Positions 15,549-21,301 of a stretch of DNA of 21,301 nt are shown here, in pieces. The stretch is from a bacterium (GTDB lineage: Bacteria; SZUA-182; DTGQ01; JAFGSM01): the NCBI GenBank assembly GCA_049472315.1, contig JBLIRN010000046.1:1-21301 (forward strand), given 5' to 3'. The notes under the pieces are model-generated. The model did no database searches. It was not told where the DNA came from and worked only from the letters and a program-made list of their open reading frames with translations. How positions within the stretch are numbered: position 1 is the stretch's first letter; each line of letters starts with the position of its first letter. The translations under genes and the position numbers were made by a program.

Positions 15549-18164
15549 ATGGGGCATCCTTCCTCAGGATCATGGGATTGGTGTGCCTTTGCCATTTTCA
15601 TAAGCGCGTTTCTGGTGCGTTTTTTCCTGGTGAGCACCACCTTTCACCCCCAGATATTCGATCGATTATCACACAATTATCTCGTCTTCTCCAAATACCC
15701 CTGGGTTGCTCATAAACTCGTTTCCGACATCCCGACCGGCACGAGGCTTGTGAACTTCAGCCCCCTCTACACCGGTTTCATCACCGTTCTGTACCGCATC
15801 TTCTCCAATAGCTACTTCTATTACATACTCCTGCAGATGGTCATAGGGGCCTTCAGTTGCCTCCTCATCTATATGATCTGCACCTACCTTTTTCATCCGC
15901 GCGTTGCGGTTATTGCCGGATTGATCGCCCTGTTTTATAAGCCCTTTATTCTGTATGAAGGCGTTTTGACACCGGAGACGGTTGTTATCTTCCTCAATCT
16001 GCTATCCGTCTATCTGCTCCTGTATTGCGCCGAAAAAAGTGCCTTCTCCGAATACGGGAGGTCCTGGCTCATCCCGCTCCAGGGATACACCGGCAAATCC
16101 ACCTCCTGGCATTACTCCCTGCTGTGGCTTTTGCCCGGCATCGGCCTGGGATTGTCCGTGGCCACCCGTCCCAACATCCCCATCTTTTTGTGTGGTGTGG
16201 TGTTGTGGATCATCTATATCGGATTTAAAAGGCCCCTTCGGATCGGTAATACCCTTTTCTTCGTGACAGCAGGCTTCTGCATCGTTATGATCCCGTTCCT
16301 CGCCCGGAATTTCTACCATTCCCAGGGCAGGTCACAATTCGTGATGAGTTCGGATCAGGAATTCTACCAGGGAAACAATCCCATGGCCCGCGGGTTTTGC
16401 GGTGCCCATCCCTATCTGTTGAAGGAGGTGGAAAGGGAGCCGGGAATCAACACCAAGCAGATGCCCGATTTTGCCCCTCAGCTCTATCGCTATTTTGCTC
16501 GGGAGGCCGTGGTAACCTCGGAGGTGACTTCGGATGCGCCACCGCCTGCGAACTCGTTCTGGTATGAACGGTCGCTGCACTTTATTGCCGAGTTTCCCCT
16601 CCATTACCTGAAGCTCATTCTGCAGAAGTTCCGCTTTTTCTGGAGTCGTTACGAAATTCACGACATTCCGAATGTATACTACCTTGACCGGGAGATAGGC
16701 CAATTCCCCTTGCTGACCTTCGGCCTTGTCATACCCTTAGCGATTCTGGGAATGATTCTGTGTGTCAAGGGATTCATGCGATACCTGCTCCTGTACGCAG
16801 CGGTGGGAAATTACCTTTTTTTCAACATCCTCTTTATTGTCTCCTCGCGACAGCGACTTCCGGCAATTCCCTTTATGATCCCCTTTGCAGCCTATGCACT
16901 CCACGAAGGGGCGGTGTACCTCATCGGGCTTATCTATAGCCTCGGATCATCCTCTATATCCCTGTTCAAGGGGAAATCCCTCACGCAAAACGTCAGGGAC
17001 ACGATTCTGCATATCTCCCCCCTGATGGTGTTCCTGGGAGGGGTACTGCTGCTCGTGTTCATTTACATGGGAGTCAATCATCCCTCCAGCTCCGTGGAGC
17101 ATTTCACCTTACTGCTGGATGTCGACCGTGATTCCCGCACCTCTGCGCGCAATGCCTTCGATCTGCTCAACAGTCAGGAGTGCACAAAGGCCCGCACGGC
17201 ATTTCAGGTGGCCTTTGCCCTCAATCCATTCAACGCCTCACGGGTCCCCGCCCGTTTCCTTGGAGGCGCTTCACGGGCCTGCCAGGAGGGTGTCCGGTTC
17301 TGGGAAGAGGTGCTCGAGACCAAGCCGGACCATACCTTTGCCCGGTTCGTGCTCGGGTACTTATTGTTTCGAGGCGGGTTCTATGATCAGGCAATTCGGA
17401 CGTTCAGCGCCCTCGCCGATGAAGGGGTGGAGGGATACTACGGCTATACCCTGCCCGTTTCCCAGCCCCGGTATTACCTTGCTCGATGCCTCGAAGAAAA
17501 GGGTGAACCGGAGGGCGCCCTCCATCAGTACGAGATTCTCAACAAAAGGCAGCCGGGGCTTCCCTGGGTTGTGACCCGGCTCGTCGTCCTATACGAGCGA
17601 AACGGCCGGTTTGAAGAGGCAGAGGCCGCTGCGAGGATACTTGACAGGATGGACAATCCGATAAGCTCCTCATACCTTCTTGCCGAGGCGTATTATGGGT
17701 ATGGAAATTATGAAAAGGCGCGAGGACTTTTGGAAAAACTCAATGATTCCATAGTGGGACTCTATGCCCCCTATCGTTTTCTGTTAAGTGCGTGCTATGC
17801 AGGACATGCCCGGGGGAATTCGATGGCCGATACGGAATCGAGAAAACAAATGCTTGGAAAGGCGATCGAGGAATGTGGCATCGGTCTTTCCTTGCGGCCG
17901 CAGCATGATCCCGATTATCCTGAGATCCTGTATGCCTATGAAGAGGCCATCGCCGATTCACCGAAGGATGCGCACCTGAACCTGGAACTGGGAACCATCC
18001 TGTTCAACCGGGGGGAATTGGTGCGGTCACGTGCCCGCCTCAGGGATGCCCTCGTCCTCATGAAGGAGAAAATGCCGCAGGAGATGCTGAAATCCGTTGA
18101 AATGAGGCTGCAGGAGATGGATTTTTTGAAGGGTTGCCTCCCCCCCGATCCCGGCATCCGGTAG
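15549..18164 (+). CDS. GT-C fold membrane glycosyltransferase (PMT/ArnT-like, GT39/GT83-like) with C-terminal TPR domain
   Basis: Many TM helices; motifs FSPLYTGF, LTPETV, ATRPN, PFLARNF, FYQGNNP and SSRQRLP typical of this group; TPR-like repeats (ARFVLGYLLF…YDQAI, YYLARCLEEKGE, HLNLELGTILF). Confidence 0.85.
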   Translation: MGHPSSGSWDWCAFAIFISAFLVRFFLVSTTFHPQIFDRLSHNYLVFSKYPWVAHKLVSDIPTGTRLVNFSPLYTGFITVLYRIFSNSYFYYILLQMVIGAFSCLLIYMICTYLFHPRVAVIAGLIALFYKPFILYEGVLTPETVVIFLNLLSVYLLLYCAEKSAFSEYGRSWLIPLQGYTGKSTSWHYSLLWLLPGIGLGLSVATRPNIPIFLCGVVLWIIYIGFKRPLRIGNTLFFVTAGFCIVMIPFLARNFYHSQGRSQFVMSSDQEFYQGNNPMARGFCGAHPYLLKEVEREPGINTKQMPDFAPQLYRYFAREAVVTSEVTSDAPPPANSFWYERSLHFIAEFPLHYLKLILQKFRFFWSRYEIHDIPNVYYLDREIGQFPLLTFGLVIPLAILGMILCVKGFMRYLLLYAAVGNYLFFNILFIVSSRQRLPAIPFMIPFAAYALHEGAVYLIGLIYSLGSSSISLFKGKSLTQNVRDTILHISPLMVFLGGVLLLVFIYMGVNHPSSSVEHFTLLLDVDRDSRTSARNAFDLLNSQECTKARTAFQVAFALNPFNASRVPARFLGGASRACQEGVRFWEEVLETKPDHTFARFVLGYLLFRGGFYDQAIRTFSALADEGVEGYYGYTLPVSQPRYYLARCLEEKGEPEGALHQYEILNKRQPGLPWVVTRLVVLYERNGRFEEAEAAARILDRMDNPISSSYLLAEAYYGYGNYEKARGLLEKLNDSIVGLYAPYRFLLSACYAGHARGNSMADTESRKQMLGKAIEECGIGLSLRPQHDPDYPEILYAYEEAIADSPKDAHLNLELGTILFNRGELVRSRARLRDALVLMKEKMPQEMLKSVEMRLQEMDFLKGCLPPDPGIR

Positions 18165-18173
18165 CCCGGATGC
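18154..18173. terminator. GC-rich hairpin overlapping the glycosyltransferase stop codon
   Basis: GCATCCGG-TAGC-CCGGATGC; no clear U tract. Confidence 0.3.
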
Positions 18174-18284
18174 ACCACCGCCTATCTTATTATGGCTTCG
18201 GTCGTAGAGCCCTCGGCCGGGGCATGGGGATCAGTCCCGGCAAACAAATGCCGCCGGGCACTTTGGATGTGGCATGATCAGTTA

Positions 18285-18542
18285 TCAGTTGGTATGAGGC
18301 GCATCGTTCTGTCGAGCAGCGTCCACCTTCCCCCTGAGCAGGTAACCCAGGATGAGCATGGAAGAGAAGCTCCTCTTCAGCACCTGCATATCATCGGAGA
18401 TGGAGGCCACACGGAGGGCGTATTCCTGGAGGTACTGGGTAAGTTCCTCTCCCACCTCTGTATTGATGAGTCGTATCAATTCCTCTCGTTCCATGCTGTT
18501 GATCGTATCGAAGAAATCCCTTCCTATCTTCACCGTATCCAT
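18285..18542 (-). CDS. Small helical hypothetical protein (85 aa, MDTVKIGRDFF...)
   Basis: The internal ATG at 18542 has an RBS (AGGAAGGGG); the downstream sequence looks like a natural helical protein, whereas the longer ORF extension does not. Confidence 0.65.
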   Translation of the reverse strand: MDTVKIGRDFFDTINSMEREELIRLINTEVGEELTQYLQEYALRVASISDDMQVLKRSFSSMLILGYLLRGKVDAARQNDAPHTN

Positions 18543-18832
18543 GCGAGGCCCCTTCCTGAATCGTGAATAATGATCAATACCGTGATATGTGCCGTTTTCA
18601 ATGAACGGGTCTATATTACCGTCAACACATTCCAATTGCAAATTGCCTTTTAAGGGACGAGCGTCGCGACCGTAATGCCGATACATGACCATCGGAGCGT
18701 GTGATCTCATGGGCGACCGGAGGGGATTTAGATGTATCGACGGCTTCTCATACTATTAAGGTCAGAACCTGGTATCAAAAAAAATTTCATGGATATGCAT
18801 GATATTTTCAAGACACGATTCCGGCTGAACAG

Positions 18833-18860
18833 TTCACAAAGACGACGATCATGGTATAAT
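18833..18860 (+). promoter_or_regulatory. Sigma70 promoter with extended -10 (TTCACA-16-TATAAT, preceded by TGn)
   Basis: TGGTATAAT at 18852-18860, about 60 nt upstream of the subtilase ATG. Confidence 0.55.
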
Positions 18861-18918
18861 TAAGTATGAGGAGTCAATCATGCAATAATCTTAATGTATA
18901 ACGGATGAGAGGAAGGCA

Positions 18919-20889
18919 ATGGGTCGTTATGTTGGTATTTCAAGAAAGACGGGGATCCTTTCGGTTATCGTCGTGTCGATCCTCCTATTCTCCTTCGGGA
19001 TTGGTCGTGCCCAGGTATTTGTGCCGAATGAGCTCAATATAAAGATATCCAGAGACATGGTGACGGAAGGGAAGGCCGGCGATTGTATCGCATCCCTGGC
19101 ACAGGATTTGACAGAGGTTATGCGGTCTGCAGGTTCCGATGCAGAGGTGGTCATTGTAAAGCTGTTTGCTGAGGAGGACCCGGAGAGCCAACTGGCTCGA
19201 TGGTACAAGGTCAGGTTTGTTACCGAAACGAGCCTTGACCTGGATGCAATAAAGGGGTGGTTGTTGGAGAGTCATGATGCCATTGTCAGCGTGGAAAGGG
19301 AGTTCGTGACCCGATCGAGGGCCGTCCCCCCTGACCCGGCAATAGATGAGATGACCTACGACTACTATGCTTTGATCGGCGCCTACGAGGCCTGGGATAT
19401 GGAAAAGGGTTCGGAGGACGTGATCGTCGCCGTCATCGATTCCGGGGTGGATGTGAATCACCCCGACCTTGTAAACCGATTTGTGTCATCGGCGCTTTTT
19501 AAGCGATACCCCCCTGATACCTCGATCGACCCAAGCAAACCCTCCGAGCAATGTGATACCTATAAGGGAAAGACCTACTGCTTTGACATCTATGTCGATT
19601 CTGCAGAGCTGGATGGAGGCGTCCTGCCTCCCGGGAATGACGTCAGGGACGTGGTACCGCACGGCACCCCCGTAACCGGGATCATTGCCGCCAACCACAA
19701 TTCAATCGGAGTGCCCGGTATTGCCCCCTATTGTAAGATTCTGCCCGTCAAGACGAGCTATCTGGAGCATATAGTTGAACAAACCGGGCAGGTGAAACCG
19801 TTCACCCAGGGGACCTCGACCACCGGGATAATTGCACAGGCTGTCGAATATGCCGCAAGCAAGGGGGCCGATGTGATCAATCTCAGCATGTCCACCCCGA
19901 ACAGATCGGAGATATTGGGGGACGCCATTGACGAGGCGTGTGAGGTCCATAATTGCATTTTCGTTGCGCCTGCTGATAATGAAGACGAGGAGAATGAGGC
20001 CTATCCTGCGGCGTATAACAATGTAATCGGTACCACGGCGATTGAGGTGAATACGCAGAAGAAGATCGTGCGGCGTGACAACGCCCAATACGGGAACTGG
20101 ATCGATGTCGTGGCCCCCGGTGAAGCCATTCTCTCGTTGGTACCGAATTCCACTGACATCAAGCGGATTTCAGGGACCTCCCTGTCAGTACCCTTTGTGA
20201 GCGGTTTGGCCGCATTGGTCCGGTCAAGGGATTCCAACTTTACGGTCCATACATTCAGACAACTGCTCAGGGAAACCAGCACTGGCATCGACGATCCCCT
20301 GTTCAGGGAAAACAAACTGGGATACGGCCTGATAAACCTGAGGCTGGCCCTTGATCGATTGGATGATCATTTATGGGATTATACCAGCATCACCCAGCAG
20401 GGAAATCCCTCATCCTCCGGGACAGGCACTGCCGGGCTATTTGGCGGGTTCTATATCAACCCCTATGCACCGGGGTTTTCCGTGTATCCGTATTATAGCC
20501 TCTTAGGTGGATCCAGCCCATACGGCGTCGTTCCCAGCCTCTTAAACAACACGTTCTACCCGTACCTTCAGCAAGCATTCTATACAGGGGGATTCGGCTT
20601 TCCTGGAGGACAATTCATCCAGGGCCTTCAGCAGCCCTATGTTGGAAGCAATTTTTACTATCCCTCGCAATTCGGGCAGGTCCTTAGTCAACCATACGGC
20701 AGATTTGGTTTTCCGGGACAGTTCTACCAAACGGGCGCGTACGGGTCTCGCGGTGTCCTTTCACTTTCACCCTTCAATTCCGGCTTTCAGCAATGGTATC
20801 CATTGAGCGGTTTTGGAATACCCTCACCCCTCTTTGGGGGATTTTCCGGGTCTCCATACGTCATCTACGGCTATTCATCACATAGATGA
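18919..20889 (+). CDS. Secreted S8 subtilisin-like serine peptidase with a Gly/Tyr/Phe/Pro/Gln-rich C-terminal tail
   Basis: Signal peptide ending GRA/Q; prodomain; triad motifs VAVIDSG, HGTPVTG and SGTSLS; GADVINLS, YPAAY, IDVVAPG and LGYGLIN; low-complexity tail from about 20374; RBS GAGAGGAAGG. Confidence 0.93.
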   Translation: MGRYVGISRKTGILSVIVVSILLFSFGIGRAQVFVPNELNIKISRDMVTEGKAGDCIASLAQDLTEVMRSAGSDAEVVIVKLFAEEDPESQLARWYKVRFVTETSLDLDAIKGWLLESHDAIVSVEREFVTRSRAVPPDPAIDEMTYDYYALIGAYEAWDMEKGSEDVIVAVIDSGVDVNHPDLVNRFVSSALFKRYPPDTSIDPSKPSEQCDTYKGKTYCFDIYVDSAELDGGVLPPGNDVRDVVPHGTPVTGIIAANHNSIGVPGIAPYCKILPVKTSYLEHIVEQTGQVKPFTQGTSTTGIIAQAVEYAASKGADVINLSMSTPNRSEILGDAIDEACEVHNCIFVAPADNEDEENEAYPAAYNNVIGTTAIEVNTQKKIVRRDNAQYGNWIDVVAPGEAILSLVPNSTDIKRISGTSLSVPFVSGLAALVRSRDSNFTVHTFRQLLRETSTGIDDPLFRENKLGYGLINLRLALDRLDDHLWDYTSITQQGNPSSSGTGTAGLFGGFYINPYAPGFSVYPYYSLLGGSSPYGVVPSLLNNTFYPYLQQAFYTGGFGFPGGQFIQGLQQPYVGSNFYYPSQFGQVLSQPYGRFGFPGQFYQTGAYGSRGVLSLSPFNSGFQQWYPLSGFGIPSPLFGGFSGSPYVIYGYSSHR

Positions 20890-21015
20890 TTCCCGACAAA
20901 GGGAAGGACGAAAGGAAGGAGGGACAACCCGAAACTGCCCCTCTCGGTCCTTAGCGAAGGAAAGGGTTTGGTGAAGCGACGGCAGGTCAATAAGTCATAC
21001 AATACACCTTGCAAG

Positions 21016-21069
21016 TTTTCCTGAAATTTGTTATTTTCTTGTTTAAGAAAATGAAAAAAATCAGGAAAA
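21016..21069. promoter_or_regulatory. 54-bp imperfect palindrome overlapping the start codon, operator-like
   Basis: TTTTCCTGA (21016-24)/TCAGGAAAA (21061-69) and ATTTTCTT (21033-40)/AAGAAAAT (21045-52) share one symmetry axis. Confidence 0.55.
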
Positions 21070-21301
21070 TACTGACTGAAAAAGAGGTGATGGAACAATT
21101 ACGGAGAGGCAAGTTTTCACTTCCTCCTCTCTCATTCCGCCTTCTTCAACGTCAGCCGGACCCAGGCGGAAACCGTCGTATCGATGCTTTTATCGAGGCG
21201 TCATGGCGGAACAGCACGGCAAGGTTTGCCGTTGAAATCAAGTCAATTTCAACGCCCAAGGCATTTGAGGATGGGATCAACGTGCTGAAATCATCCTCTC
21301 T
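21051..21301 (+). CDS. Partial CDS with a PD-(D/E)xK-like N-terminus, probable type IV TA AbiEi-family antitoxin
   Basis: Open frame to the window edge: MKKIRKILTEKEVMEQLRRGKFSLPPLSF…RIDAFIEASWRNSTARFAVEIKSISTPKAFEDG; family call from recall only; not in the ORF track because it is truncated. Confidence 0.55.
   Translation, partial: MKKIRKILTEKEVMEQLRRGKFSLPPLSFRLLQRQPDPGGNRRIDAFIEASWRNSTARFAVEIKSISTPKAFEDGINVLKSSS

Noticed and set aside
18543..18710. N-terminal extension of the small hypothetical ORF
   Set aside because: A better RBS precedes ATG 18542 and the extension looks non-coding
19552..19582. GKTYC in the subtilase echoing the Kazal GKTY motif
   Set aside because: Too short and lacks the Kazal Cys spacing; likely coincidence

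Overview
Bacterial chromosomal window, probably from an anaerobic diderm (a class III tetraheme cytochrome c3 and an AsmA-type protein suggest a Desulfobacterota-like organism; this is inference). It is rich in envelope and secreted proteins. In order: a very basic Arg-rich secreted protein transcribed divergently from a lipoprotein of the agmatine/peptidylarginine deiminase family; a secreted protein with nine 10-Cys Kazal-containing units; a Ste24-type M48 peptidase; a HEAT-repeat protein; an AsmA-like protein; cytochrome c3; a small secreted Gly/Tyr/Pro-rich protein; a GT-C (PMT/ArnT-like) glycosyltransferase with TPRs; a small hypothetical protein; an S8 subtilase; and the start of a probable AbiEi-type gene. 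The main signal is that three otherwise unrelated secreted proteins (Kazal array, small protein, subtilase) all end in a nearly uncharged Gly/Tyr/Pro/Phe low-complexity region with YPYGG-like motifs. This may be an undescribed extracellular self-assembly or sorting module, possibly partnered with the Arg-rich protein and modulated by the deiminase. A roughly 69-bp repeat family occurs in opposite orientations on either side of the cytochrome/small-protein pair. No rRNA, tRNA, CRISPR array or transposase was seen.
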